NCBI GenBank assembly: GCA_030831315.1
Contig: JAURLI010000011.1
Location: 2,722-66,721, forward strand
Length of the DNA stretch: 64,000 bases
Reading direction: 5' to 3'
Source of the DNA: Alphaproteobacteria bacterium
GTDB lineage: Bacteria; Pseudomonadota; Alphaproteobacteria; SMXQ01
A program made the translations under genes and the position numbers. Shown here piece by piece: positions 38,607 through 48,515 of the stretch (its first letter is position 1; every line of letters starts with the position of its first letter). The notes beneath the pieces were generated by a model, which was not told the DNA's origin, ran no database searches, and saw only the letters and a program-made list of their open reading frames with translations.

Positions 38607-39142
38607 TCCGCCTGTTTACCGCACTGGAACTTCCCGATACGGCAAAATCCTATCTCGCCGCGACGGCGGGCGGCGTGCCGGGCGCGCGCTGGGTACCGGT
38701 CGAAAACATGCATATCACGCTGCGCTTCATCGGCAACGTGGACGAAGCGACGGCAGGCGATCTGGCAGCCGCCCTTGCTGGCGTGCGCGGGCCCGCCTTC
38801 GATGTCGACATAGAAGGTGCCGGGTATTTCAGCTGCGGGCGCAAGCCCACCATGCTATGGGCAGGTGTCGCGCGCAGCGATGCGCTGGCGCATTTGCAGG
38901 AAAGAATTGAATCGGTACTGGTGCGCGCCGGTGCTGCGCCCGAGACGCGAAAGTTCACGCCGCATGTGACGCTCGCGCGCCTCAATGGTGCGCCGCTCGC
39001 CCGTGTCGAGGCCTTCGTTGCCGATCACGCGCTGATGCGCCTGCCGGCGTTCCGCGTGTCGCATTTCACGTTGTTCGCGTCTTATCTCGGCCACGATCAT
39101 CCGACTTACGTGGCCGAAACCAACTATCCGCTGGAAGACTGA
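38603..39142 (+). CDS. thpR: RNA 2',3'-cyclic phosphodiesterase (2H family)
   Basis: RLFTAL, HITL and HVTL motifs. Confidence 0.9.
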   Translation: MIRLFTALELPDTAKSYLAATAGGVPGARWVPVENMHITLRFIGNVDEATAGDLAAALAGVRGPAFDVDIEGAGYFSCGRKPTMLWAGVARSDALAHLQERIESVLVRAGAAPETRKFTPHVTLARLNGAPLARVEAFVADHALMRLPAFRVSHFTLFASYLGHDHPTYVAETNYPLED

Positions 39143-39621
39143 GCGGGCGAGAGCTCGTGGCGCGCGATCAGGTCCATGAGCAGCGCCTTGCCCGATTCTT
39201 CCAAGAGGTCGAGCACATGCTCGAAGTCCTCGGCGCCACCGTAATAGGGATCAGGAACGTCTTCGCCCAGATGCGGCGCGAAATCCAGCATCAGCCGCAG
39301 CCTGTCGCGCCCGCGCGTGCCCGCCATGTGCGAGAGATTGCGCAGGTTGCCACGGTCCATGGCAACGATCAGGTCGAAGTCGAGAAAGTCTTCGGGCTGC
39401 GCCTTGCGCGCGCGCTGGTGAGCGATGTCGACGCCGCGCTTTTGCGCTGCACGCACGGCGCGGGCGTCGGGCCCGTCGCCGATGTGATAATCGGTGGTGC
39501 CGGCCGAATCGGCGACGATGGCATGGGACAGCCCGGCATCTGCGACCAGCCGTTCGAACACGCCCTGGGCCGAGGGCGAGCGGCAGATGTTTCCCATGCA
39601 GACGAACAGAATGCGGATCAC
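39124..39621 (-). CDS. Low-molecular-weight protein-tyrosine phosphatase
   Basis: VCMGNICRS, DSAGT, DPYYG. Confidence 0.93.
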   Translation of the reverse strand: MIRILFVCMGNICRSPSAQGVFERLVADAGLSHAIVADSAGTTDYHIGDGPDARAVRAAQKRGVDIAHQRARKAQPEDFLDFDLIVAMDRGNLRNLSHMAGTRGRDRLRLMLDFAPHLGEDVPDPYYGGAEDFEHVLDLLEESGKALLMDLIARHELSPAQSSSG

Positions 39622-41054
39622 GGTTTTCCCTGACGTGCGGGATGGCGTCCGGCGCCAATCGCGGCGCCCGCCAGATAACCCGCCGCGCACAGTATCAGCC
39701 CGTAAAGATTGACGCCAAGATCGTCCGCATAGGGCCCGCTGCCGATGTCGATCCAGGCGGGAAAGATCTGCACGCCCGCGGCGCTCTCTAACGTCACCAG
39801 CGTGCCCAGCACCAGTCCCGGCCAGAAGGCGAGGTGAAAGCTCGCCCGCCCGGCGCTTTTGATGAACGACAGCAGGAAGATCGGTGCCAGCCCCATGACC
39901 ATCGTTCCCGAAATCGTCGTGGCCGCGATGATGGCGGGACCGATGCGGTCGCCCAGGTAAATGCCCAGGAGCGGCAGGTTGCCAAGAACCGCGATAGCGA
40001 TCATCACGCCGCGGCCAAAGCGGGCGTCATTGCCGCTCGGCGCATCGCGCGCGGCCGCCCAGTCGCGGGCCGACAATTTCGCCGCCGCGGCAAAGGTCGA
40101 ATCGAGGGTCGATCCCGCGCTGGTCAGCATGATGGCATTGAAGACCAGCAGCACCGGCAGGCCGAGGGCGGCAGGCACCGCCACCGCCATGCCGCCCGAA
40201 AGACCCGCGGCGCGGCCGTAAAGCCCGACGGTGGAAAACAGCAGGATGAAGACGCCCGCCACCAGTCCCGCCAGCGCGAAACCCTTGATCATCACCTTGG
40301 GGTCGGTGATGAAGCCACGGTCGGTCATCACCGGATCGTGGAACGGGTAGCTCAGCACCTGCACCAGGGCGAGGCCGCAGAAAGTCAGCCCGGCTATGCT
40401 GGCACTTGCCGGAATTTCCGGCAGCCCGCGCGCGAGCAGGCCGGGCCACACGATGCCCAGCACCATGACCAGCAGTACCGCGGCCAGGATCATCTGTGCG
40501 CCGTCGGTCAGGATCGAGGAGCGCAAGCCTCCCCGCCACGAGTAATAAACGGTGAAGGCAGTCACGAAGAACACGCCCGTCCAGTAGGCGCCGCTGCCTT
40601 CGGCGCCGAAATAAAGTGCCGCGACCTTGGTGTTTGACCACACTTCGTTGAACAGGCGGATGGCGACGGCGATCAGGAACAGGCGTGCGCAGGCAGCGCC
40701 GTATTTTGCCGTGAGGAATCCCGAAAGCGACGTATGTCCGCCCCGTACCCGGATCAGGTAGATGGCGATGCCGGCGACGACGAAGCTCAGGTAATAGAGC
40801 GCGTAGCCGATGCCGCCCCAGATGCCGAAGGCACCGGCCAGGTCGGCGGCATTGGCGATCGACTTGGCGAAGATCCAGGTGATCGCCGCACTTGCCACCA
40901 GCAGCCACAGGCCCGGCGCCGCGCCGCGTGCATCGGCGCCCGCGAAGAACTGCGCAGGCGTCACCGCCTGGGGCGTGAGGCGCAGGACGATCAGGCAGTA
41001 AGCGGCAAGAACCAGCCACGGCAGGGCGAAAGAAAAGCTCATGTCCATCATCAT
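39618..41054 (-). CDS. Sodium:solute symporter family protein
   Basis: About 13 TMs, YSWRGGLRSSILTD, SAGSTLDS. Confidence 0.8.
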   Translation of the reverse strand: MMMDMSFSFALPWLVLAAYCLIVLRLTPQAVTPAQFFAGADARGAAPGLWLLVASAAITWIFAKSIANAADLAGAFGIWGGIGYALYYLSFVVAGIAIYLIRVRGGHTSLSGFLTAKYGAACARLFLIAVAIRLFNEVWSNTKVAALYFGAEGSGAYWTGVFFVTAFTVYYSWRGGLRSSILTDGAQMILAAVLLVMVLGIVWPGLLARGLPEIPASASIAGLTFCGLALVQVLSYPFHDPVMTDRGFITDPKVMIKGFALAGLVAGVFILLFSTVGLYGRAAGLSGGMAVAVPAALGLPVLLVFNAIMLTSAGSTLDSTFAAAAKLSARDWAAARDAPSGNDARFGRGVMIAIAVLGNLPLLGIYLGDRIGPAIIAATTISGTMVMGLAPIFLLSFIKSAGRASFHLAFWPGLVLGTLVTLESAAGVQIFPAWIDIGSGPYADDLGVNLYGLILCAAGYLAGAAIGAGRHPARQGKP

Positions 41055-41114
41055 CGCGCCATCATGGCAGCGGTGCGGTCCGCCGTAAAATAACGGCCAA
41101 TAACAAGTCGGTGA

Positions 41115-43589
41115 TCAGTGCCGGCGGTGGTCCCCGTCGTCCGGCGCGGCGCTTCGTGCGAAGTGGCGCGCAGATTCCGCGAATCCGGCGAGACGCGCCT
41201 CGACGCGCGCGTTGATCGTACCCTCGGCGAACTTGCCGTCGGCCCCGCGTTCGCCCGCCGCCATGCCGGTCAGGAGCGCGATGCCCTCGTCGATGGTGGC
41301 GACGGCATGGATGTGGAACCTGCCCGCGCGCACCGCCTCGACCACGTCATGGCGCAGCATCAGGTGCTGGACGTTGGACGCCGGGATCATGACGCCCTGA
41401 TCGCCCGTCAGTCCCGCCTGGGAACAGACGTCGAAAAAGCCCTCGATCTTCTCGTTGACGCCGCCGATGGCCTGCACCTGTCCGTGCTGGTTGACGGACC
41501 CGGTAACGGCTAAATTCTGCTTGATCGGGACATCGGCCAGCGCCGACAGCAGCGCGTAAAGCTCGGCCGATGATGCGCTGTCGCCGTCGACCCCGCCGTA
41601 GGATTGTTCGAAGACGAGGCTGGCGCCGAGCGACAGCGGCATGTCCTGGCAATAACGCGCACCAAGGAAGGCCGACAGGATCAGCACGCCCTTCGAATGC
41701 AGCGGCCCGCCGAGTTCGACTTCGCGTTCGATGTCCACGACCTGCCCGCGGCCGAGACGCACGCGCGCGGTAATGCGCGCGGGATGGCCGAACGGAAATT
41801 TCCCGAGCTGCATGACCGACAGCCCGTTGACCTGGCCGACGGCCGCGCCCTTCGTGTCGATCAGTATGGTCTTGCGCGCGATCTGTTCGTAGGACAGCTG
41901 GCGGACGCGGTCGGCGCGGCGGATCTTGGCGTCGATGGCAAGCTGCACGTCTTCCGCCGTGACATGGGCGTTTTCGTTGGTCATCGCCCAGTAATCGGAT
42001 TCAGCCAGCAGGTCGCAAAGGCTGCGGATGTGGGTCGAAACCTTTTCCGCGTCTTCCGCCATGCGCGAAGCGTGCTCGATGACGCGCGCGATGGCACCCG
42101 CCTCGAAGGGGCGCAGCTTCTGGTGACGGATAACCTTGGCCAGAAACCGCGCGAACATCTTCACGTTTTCCGGAGAGCGGGTCATGGTGTCCTCGAAGTC
42201 CACCTCGACCTTGAACAGCTCGCCGAATTCCGCGTCGTGCTGGCTGAGCAGGTAATAGATCATGCGGTCGCCCAGCAGAACGATCTTGAGGTTGAGCGGT
42301 ACTGATTCCGGCTCCAGTGTAATCGTCGTCGCCACCGACATGATGCGTTCAGGGCTTTCGATGCGGATTTCGTGGGACTTGAGCGCGCGCTTGAGCGTTT
42401 CCCACGCAAACGGCGCCATCAGCACCTTTTCCGCATCGAGGATCAGATAACCGCCGTTGGCGCGGTGCAGCGCGCCGGGCTGGATCAGCGTCAAGTCCGT
42501 GGTGAGCGCGCCGAAACGCGCGACATGCTCTATCCGGCCGATCAGGCTCTGCAGGTTCGGCAGGTCTTCGTAGACGACGGGGGCGCCCTGTCGGCGGCCG
42601 TTGTCGACCAGCAGGTTGACCGCGTAGCGCTTGAAGAACTGTCCGGATGCGTCCATCCCGGGCAAGGTTTCGCCGATGCTTTCGCCGTCGCCTTCCGCCT
42701 GTTCGAGTCCCGGGCTCGCGCTTTCGCCCGCGCGCATGAAGGCATCGGCGTGTTCGATCAGGTCCTTGCGCACCTGGTCGAGATAATTCTGCACGTCCGG
42801 CAGATCGCCATAGCGGTCGTGCAGGTCGTCGATCAGGTGGCCGACGGCGAAGACGGTGATGCTCTGGTTCAACTCGCGCAACTGGGTGCGGACGTCGCGC
42901 TCGAAAGCGGGCAATTCGGCCATCGCCGCGTGCAGCTTTTCCTGCAGTTCGGTGATGATCTGCCGGGTCTTTTCCTGCTCGTCCTCGGGCCACTTGGAAA
43001 AATTCTCGGGGCTGACGATTTCGCCATCGCGGATCGGCGCAAGGGCGAGCCCTGCGGGCGTACGCAGGATGGCGATGGACTTTTCCGTCGCCTCGCGCTG
43101 GACGTCGGCAAAGATGCGGTCATGGGCGGCGTGGAAGCGCGCGTCCAGTTCGCGTCGGCGGGTGCGGTATTCCTCGCCCTCGAAGGCGCGCGGGATCGCC
43201 GCCTGCGCCAGCTCGACGAGCTGCGCCATGTCGCGGCGGAACGGCGCGCCCTTGCCGGCGGGCAGCAGGATCATGTTGGGACGGTGCGGATTTTCGAAAT
43301 TGTGGACGTAGCAGACGTCGGGCGGCGTCTCCATCTTCGTTGCGCGCCCTTCGAGGAACTGGCGCAGGGTCGAATGCTTGCCGGTGCCCGACGGGCCGGC
43401 GGCGAACATGTTGTAGCCTTCGCGGTCGATGCCGACGGCAAAGCGGATGGCATCCACCGCGCGGCTCTGGCCGACGATATGCAGGGGATCTTCGAGGTCG
43501 TCGGTGGTGCGGAAGCCCAGTTCCTGCGGGTTGCAGCGACGGCGCAACTCGTCCGGGGCAAGGGATCGGGGAAGTTTCGGTTCGGTCAC
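41115..43589 (-). CDS. Lon-family (LonB/LonC-like) protease with coiled-coil insertion
   Basis: GPSGTGK, GALHRANGGYL, GQVNGL, DGDSASSAE, GGVNEKIEGF. Confidence 0.9.
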   Translation of the reverse strand: MTEPKLPRSLAPDELRRRCNPQELGFRTTDDLEDPLHIVGQSRAVDAIRFAVGIDREGYNMFAAGPSGTGKHSTLRQFLEGRATKMETPPDVCYVHNFENPHRPNMILLPAGKGAPFRRDMAQLVELAQAAIPRAFEGEEYRTRRRELDARFHAAHDRIFADVQREATEKSIAILRTPAGLALAPIRDGEIVSPENFSKWPEDEQEKTRQIITELQEKLHAAMAELPAFERDVRTQLRELNQSITVFAVGHLIDDLHDRYGDLPDVQNYLDQVRKDLIEHADAFMRAGESASPGLEQAEGDGESIGETLPGMDASGQFFKRYAVNLLVDNGRRQGAPVVYEDLPNLQSLIGRIEHVARFGALTTDLTLIQPGALHRANGGYLILDAEKVLMAPFAWETLKRALKSHEIRIESPERIMSVATTITLEPESVPLNLKIVLLGDRMIYYLLSQHDAEFGELFKVEVDFEDTMTRSPENVKMFARFLAKVIRHQKLRPFEAGAIARVIEHASRMAEDAEKVSTHIRSLCDLLAESDYWAMTNENAHVTAEDVQLAIDAKIRRADRVRQLSYEQIARKTILIDTKGAAVGQVNGLSVMQLGKFPFGHPARITARVRLGRGQVVDIEREVELGGPLHSKGVLILSAFLGARYCQDMPLSLGASLVFEQSYGGVDGDSASSAELYALLSALADVPIKQNLAVTGSVNQHGQVQAIGGVNEKIEGFFDVCSQAGLTGDQGVMIPASNVQHLMLRHDVVEAVRAGRFHIHAVATIDEGIALLTGMAAGERGADGKFAEGTINARVEARLAGFAESARHFARSAAPDDGDHRRH

Positions 43590-43611
43590 GGCGTATTCCT
43601 CTCTGGGGCCG

Positions 43612-44022
43612 TCAGCCTTCGCCCTCGATTTTTTCCATTTCCTCGTCGCTGAAGCCGAAATGATGACCGATTTCGTGGATCAGCACATGGCGAACGATAT
43701 CGGGCAGGGGCTCGTATGTCTCGACCCAATAATCGAGAATCGGCCGGCGGTAGAGAAAGATCATGTCGGGCAGGGCCCCGGAATCGCCGACGCCCTTGAG
43801 GCCGATCGATACTCCTCGGTAAAGGCCGAGGATATCGAAGGGTGATTCCAGCGCCATCTCGGCACAGGTTTCCTCGTCGGGGAACTCCTCCACCCGGACG
43901 ATCACGCCCTCGGCGTGACGGGCAAGGCGCGCCGGAATGGTAGCGAAGGCCTCGCGTGCCATGTCCTCGATATCGGCGGCGGACGGCGGTTCATGGTGTG
44001 GCGTGGCGGGCGCGTCGGTCAT
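43612..44022 (-). CDS. Minimal zincin metallopeptidase (Zincin_1)
   Basis: LGLYRG, LYRRPI, HEIGHHFG. Confidence 0.9.
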   Translation of the reverse strand: MTDAPATPHHEPPSAADIEDMAREAFATIPARLARHAEGVIVRVEEFPDEETCAEMALESPFDILGLYRGVSIGLKGVGDSGALPDMIFLYRRPILDYWVETYEPLPDIVRHVLIHEIGHHFGFSDEEMEKIEGEG

Positions 44023-44053
44023 GGGGCAAGCCTAGCGTGCGCCCACGCCGGTG

Positions 44054-44992
44054 TCACGATGGCGCGCTGCCGGCGGCCTTGGCCTTTGCCCGGGCGCGGG
44101 CCGCGATCATCTCGCGCCGGGCGATGTAATAGCCCGATCCGACAATGATCAGCGCGCCCACCGCCTTCCAGAAGTCGGGCACTTCGGCGAACAGGGCGAT
44201 GCCGAAAATGGTGGCAAAGACGAGGCGCGAATAATCGAAGGGCGTGACGAAGGACGTCTCGCCGGTACCGAAGCCGCGCGTCAGCGCCGCCTGTCCCGCT
44301 ATGCCGACGACACCGATGCCGACCAGCCAGGCCCATTGTTCGGGCGTCGGCCAGACCCAGACCGTCAGCGCCGGGACCAGCGAAACGATCGAGCCGGTAA
44401 TGGCGAACCACACGACGATGGTCGTCGTCGATTCGGTGCGCGACAACTGCTTGATGATGATGGCGATGGCGCCCGCGGTGAAGGCGCCCAGCAGCGCCAC
44501 CAGTGCCACCGGATCAAAGGCGGCGGTGCCGGGGCGGACCATGATCAGCACGCCGCTGAAGCCGACGACGGCCGCGATGGCGCGCCGCCAGCCCACCACT
44601 TCGCCGAGGAAAGGAATGGCCAGCGCCACGGCGAACAGCGGGCGCGAAAAGATGATGGCGACCGCTTCGGCAAGCGGCATGTGCTGGAACGAATAAAACA
44701 CGCAGAACATGCCGAGCGTGCCGACCAGCGTGCGCGCCAGAAGCAGGAAAGGCCGCCCGGTCTTGAGCGCGCCCATGCCCGCGCGCATGATGAAGGGTGC
44801 CAGGGTCAATGCACCGAACAGGCAGCGGAAAAAGACGATCTGGAAGCTGTGGATGTCGCGCGCCATTTCCTTGACCATGGCGCCCATGGCGGTCAGCAGG
44901 AAGGCGGCCAGGATCACCCACATGGCGCCGCGGATGTTGGCGGGCAGCCGGTTGAAGGCCGCGCCCGCGCGGATGATCAGCGGGCGGATCAT
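44054..44992 (-). CDS. DMT/EamA transporter
   Basis: 10-TM pattern, QIVFFR, FLGEVVGWRR, PFDY. Confidence 0.88.
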   Translation of the reverse strand: MIRPLIIRAGAAFNRLPANIRGAMWVILAAFLLTAMGAMVKEMARDIHSFQIVFFRCLFGALTLAPFIMRAGMGALKTGRPFLLLARTLVGTLGMFCVFYSFQHMPLAEAVAIIFSRPLFAVALAIPFLGEVVGWRRAIAAVVGFSGVLIMVRPGTAAFDPVALVALLGAFTAGAIAIIIKQLSRTESTTTIVVWFAITGSIVSLVPALTVWVWPTPEQWAWLVGIGVVGIAGQAALTRGFGTGETSFVTPFDYSRLVFATIFGIALFAEVPDFWKAVGALIIVGSGYYIARREMIAARARAKAKAAGSAPS

Positions 44993-45972
44993 GGCGTATC
45001 CCTCCGTGCCGGTGGCGGCGCGGCAAGCTCCGCCCCGCCCGTGCCCAGCGTCACCGTGCCGATGCGCTCGCCCTTGCGGGCGCGGGCGATCTGCGCTTCG
45101 CGATGGGCCATGTAGACGGTGGCGACCGCCATGACCGCGGCGCCGATCCATGTCCAGCCGTCGGGGATTTCGGCGAAGATGATGAAGGCAATAGCTGCGG
45201 CGAAGGGCAGGCGTGCGTAATCGAAGGGCAGCACGATGGTCGCTTCGGTGACGGCATAGGCGCGCGTCATCGCCATCTGTCCGATGGTGGCGAAGCCGCC
45301 CATGACGATCAGCATCATCGTTTCCGTCAACGTGGGCCAGCGCCAGAAGAAGACGGCGGGGATCAGCGACAGAGGCGTCAGGAAAAGCCCCATCCAGGTG
45401 ACGATGGCGGCGGGGCTCTCGGTGCGCGACAGGATCTTCACCATGGTTACCGAACAGGCGATGAAGACCGACGACAACAGAACCAGCAGCGCCGGTGTCG
45501 ATACCGGGATGATGCCGGGCCGCAGGATGATCAGCGCGCCGGCGAAGCCCGCGGCCAGCGCCATGCTGCGGCGCAGACCCATGTGTTCGCGCAATACGAC
45601 GACGGCGGCGACGGACGCGAACAGCGGCGCCGTGAACGACAGCGCCACCGCTTCGCCGAGCGGCATCAGGGTGATCGACCAGAACCACAGCAGCATCGCA
45701 GTCAGGCCGAATATGCCGCGCAGGGTATAGGCGCCGATGCGCTTCGTGCGCAGGCCGCCGAAGCCGACGCTTGCGATCCACGGCAGCATGAAGACGAGCC
45801 CGTAAAAATTACGCCAGAAGGTGATCTCGAATGGATGCATGTCCTTGCCCAGGATTCGCACCAGCACGGTCATCGATGCAAAAGCGGTGGAGGCGAGCAG
45901 CATCCAAGCGGCCCCGCGCAGGGGCGCGGGCGTCAGGCTCAGTTGATGGAGCAGGGTGCGGGCAAAAGACAT
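44989..45972 (-). CDS. DMT/EamA transporter
   Basis: EITFWR, LSFTAPLF, LREHMG, PFDY. Confidence 0.88.
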   Translation of the reverse strand: MSFARTLLHQLSLTPAPLRGAAWMLLASTAFASMTVLVRILGKDMHPFEITFWRNFYGLVFMLPWIASVGFGGLRTKRIGAYTLRGIFGLTAMLLWFWSITLMPLGEAVALSFTAPLFASVAAVVVLREHMGLRRSMALAAGFAGALIILRPGIIPVSTPALLVLLSSVFIACSVTMVKILSRTESPAAIVTWMGLFLTPLSLIPAVFFWRWPTLTETMMLIVMGGFATIGQMAMTRAYAVTEATIVLPFDYARLPFAAAIAFIIFAEIPDGWTWIGAAVMAVATVYMAHREAQIARARKGERIGTVTLGTGGAELAAPPPARRDTP

Positions 45973-46064
45973 CGGCGCAACTTACGCCCGAAGTGCCGGG
46001 CGAGGAAGCGCGCGCTTTGCCCCGGCAAACTTGCCAAACGGCGAGGCTCGGGGGATGCTGCGCC

Positions 46065-46640
46065 ATGCGCGGTTATTTCGGCATCGGCGTCGAGGGCCTG
46101 TCCAAGCCCATGAACGCAGGCAATCTGTTCCGTTCGGCCCACGCCTTCGGTGCATCCTTCATTTTTTCCATCGCCGCCGAATACCAGTATGCGCGCGTGC
46201 GTCATGCCGACACCTCGAACGCGCCGTCGGAAGTCCCGCTGCATGAATTCGCGACGCTCGCCGATCTGCGCCTGCCCCAGGGCTGCCAGATGGTCGGGGT
46301 CGAAATGACCGACGATGCGGTGGACCTGCCATCGTTCCGCCATCCGCGACAGGCGGCCTATGTTTTCGGGCCCGAGCGCGGCAGCCTGTCGCCCGCCCTG
46401 ATCGCCATGTGCGCCCATGTGGTGAAGATCCCGACGCGGTTCTGCATCAACGTGGCGACCGCCGGGGCCATCGTCATGTACGACCGGCTCTTGTCCATGG
46501 GCCGGCATGCCGAGCGCCCGGTGATGCCGGGGGGCGAAGGCCTGCCGCCGCCCGCCCATGTCTCGGGCGGGCCGGTGCGCCGGCGCACCCAGGGCTGGGT
46601 AACGCCCCGGCCGGTCCGGCGGCCGGCCAACAACGGCTGA
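46065..46640 (+). CDS. SpoU/TrmH-family RNA methyltransferase
   Basis: NAGNLFRS, FGPE, INVATA..IVMYD. Confidence 0.88.
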   Translation: MRGYFGIGVEGLSKPMNAGNLFRSAHAFGASFIFSIAAEYQYARVRHADTSNAPSEVPLHEFATLADLRLPQGCQMVGVEMTDDAVDLPSFRHPRQAAYVFGPERGSLSPALIAMCAHVVKIPTRFCINVATAGAIVMYDRLLSMGRHAERPVMPGGEGLPPPAHVSGGPVRRRTQGWVTPRPVRRPANNG

Positions 46641-46687
46641 TCTCTAACGGCTGACAAGCGCGCCGACAGGCGATATTAATAGCCCCC

Positions 46688-47206
46688 ATGAAGACCGTTT
46701 TATGCCCTTTCGCGCTCGTGTTTGCCGCCGCCGTGACGGCTGGTGCCGTCCATGCGGCCGACAAGCAGACTTTCCTCGGCCAGCATGGCGACTGGTATAC
46801 GTACCGCCTCAACGATGACGGCGCGCGCACCTGCTACATGGTTTCGAAGCCCGTACGCAGCCGCGGCAAGTTCAAGAAGCGTGGCGATGTCGTTGCCTTC
46901 ATCACCCATCGCCCGAAGGAAGGCGAACGCGACGTCATCAACTTCCAGGCCGGCTTCACCTACAAGGCGAACAGCACGGTCGCGGTGAAGATCGGGGACA
47001 GCTCGTTCTCGCTGTTCACATCGAAGGACACTTCGTGGTCGCGCAGCCCGAGCGACGACAAGGCGATCATCGGCGCGATGATCAAGGGCAACACGATGGA
47101 TGTATCCGGCACGCCGTCGCGCGGCGGGCAGATCACGGATACGTATTCGCTGCGGGGTTTCACCGCGGCCTACAAGAAGATCACCCAGGCCTGCGGCCTC
47201 AAGTAG
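46688..47206 (+). CDS. Invasion-associated locus B (IalB)-like periplasmic protein
   Basis: Signal peptide, GDW...[13 protein letters not shown]...C; upstream of rlmN. Confidence 0.8.
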   Translation: MKTVLCPFALVFAAAVTAGAVHAADKQTFLGQHGDWYTYRLNDDGARTCYMVSKPVRSRGKFKKRGDVVAFITHRPKEGERDVINFQAGFTYKANSTVAVKIGDSSFSLFTSKDTSWSRSPSDDKAIIGAMIKGNTMDVSGTPSRGGQITDTYSLRGFTAAYKKITQACGLK

Positions 47207-47228
47207 TCCGCACGACGAGGACAGAACC

Positions 47229-48377
47229 ATGACTGCCGAAGTCGCCACCCCCGCCACCCGGGCGGAGGGCCAAGCCGCCGATGGGCGCCGCCGCCTGATC
47301 GGCATGGACCGCGACGATTTTGCCGCTTTCATCGCCGAAATCGGCGAAAAGCCGTTCCGCGCCAACCAGCTCTGGCACTGGGTCTATGGCAAGGGCGCGG
47401 CCGGCTTCGAGGACATGACGACGCTCGCGAAGTCGCTGCGGGCAGCCTTGGCCGAAACCGCGACGCTGGCGCGCCCCGTTGCGGCCGAGGACAAGCTGTC
47501 GAGCGATGCCACGCGCAAGTGGTTGTTCCGCTTGCCCGATAATGAACTGGTCGAGACCGTCTACATCCCGACAGTGGAGCGCGGCACGCTCTGCATGTCG
47601 TCCCAGGTTGGTTGCACGCTGACCTGTTCGTTCTGTCACACGGGCACGCAGAGGCTTGTTCGCAACCTCGATGCTGGGGAGATCGTCGGCCAGCTGATGG
47701 CCGCGCGCGACGCGCTCGGCGAATGGGCGCTCGGTTCGGCCGAGCGCCTGATCACCAACCTCGTCATGATGGGCATGGGCGAGCCGCTCTACAATTTCGA
47801 CGAGGTCAAGAAGGCCCTTCGCATCATCATGGATGCCGAAGGCCTCGCCATCTCGAAACGGCGCATCACCTTGTCGACATCGGGTGTGGTGCCAATGATG
47901 GCGCGCTGCGGCGAAGAAATCGGCGTCAACCTTGCCGTGTCGCTGCACGCCGTGCGCGACGACCTGCGCGATATCCTGGTGCCGCTCAACCGCAAGTACC
48001 CGATCGCGGAGCTTTTGGATGCCTGCCGTGCCTATCCCGGCGTGCACAATGCGCGGCGCATCACCTTCGAATACGTGATGCTGAAAGGCGTGAACGACAG
48101 CGAAGCGGATGCGCGCGAGCTGGTGCGCCTGCTCAGCGGCATTCCGGCCAAGACCAACCTGATCCCGTTCAATCCGTGGCCGGGGGCGCCCTACGAATGC
48201 TCGACGCCCGAGGCGATCCGGCGTTTCGCCGAGATCGTCAATGCGGGCGGCCTGTCCGCCCCGGTGCGCGAGCCGCGCGGGCGTGACATCGGCGCCGCCT
48301 GTGGCCAGCTCAAGACCGCCAGTATTCGCCTGACCGCCCGCCAGCGGGCCGCTCAGGCGGGTGGGGACGCCGCCTGA
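47229..48377 (+). CDS. rlmN: Dual-specificity RNA m2A methyltransferase RlmN
   Basis: [29 protein letters not shown]. Confidence 0.96.
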   Translation: MTAEVATPATRAEGQAADGRRRLIGMDRDDFAAFIAEIGEKPFRANQLWHWVYGKGAAGFEDMTTLAKSLRAALAETATLARPVAAEDKLSSDATRKWLFRLPDNELVETVYIPTVERGTLCMSSQVGCTLTCSFCHTGTQRLVRNLDAGEIVGQLMAARDALGEWALGSAERLITNLVMMGMGEPLYNFDEVKKALRIIMDAEGLAISKRRITLSTSGVVPMMARCGEEIGVNLAVSLHAVRDDLRDILVPLNRKYPIAELLDACRAYPGVHNARRITFEYVMLKGVNDSEADARELVRLLSGIPAKTNLIPFNPWPGAPYECSTPEAIRRFAEIVNAGGLSAPVREPRGRDIGAACGQLKTASIRLTARQRAAQAGGDAA

Positions 48378-48515
48378 GCGGTTTCCGGCCCCGCATTTAC
48401 GAATTGCCGCTTTGGTGTTAGTTTGACTAGGACTTTAGAGCTTCTGCCGCATTGCCGCGCCATTGGCGTGCTTGAACAAGCGGCCTAGAACCCCACCTGA
48501 AAGCCGAGATTCGCC

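Noticed and set aside
39124-39621. Arsenate reductase ArsC
   Set aside because: CMGNICRS and DPYYG are PTP-type motifs; resolving cysteines and ars genes are absent
44054-45781. 575-aa ORF suggesting a fusion or frameshift between the EamA genes
   Set aside because: The N-terminal part is an off-frame read of the upstream gene; a proper ATG at 44992 overlaps the upstream stop
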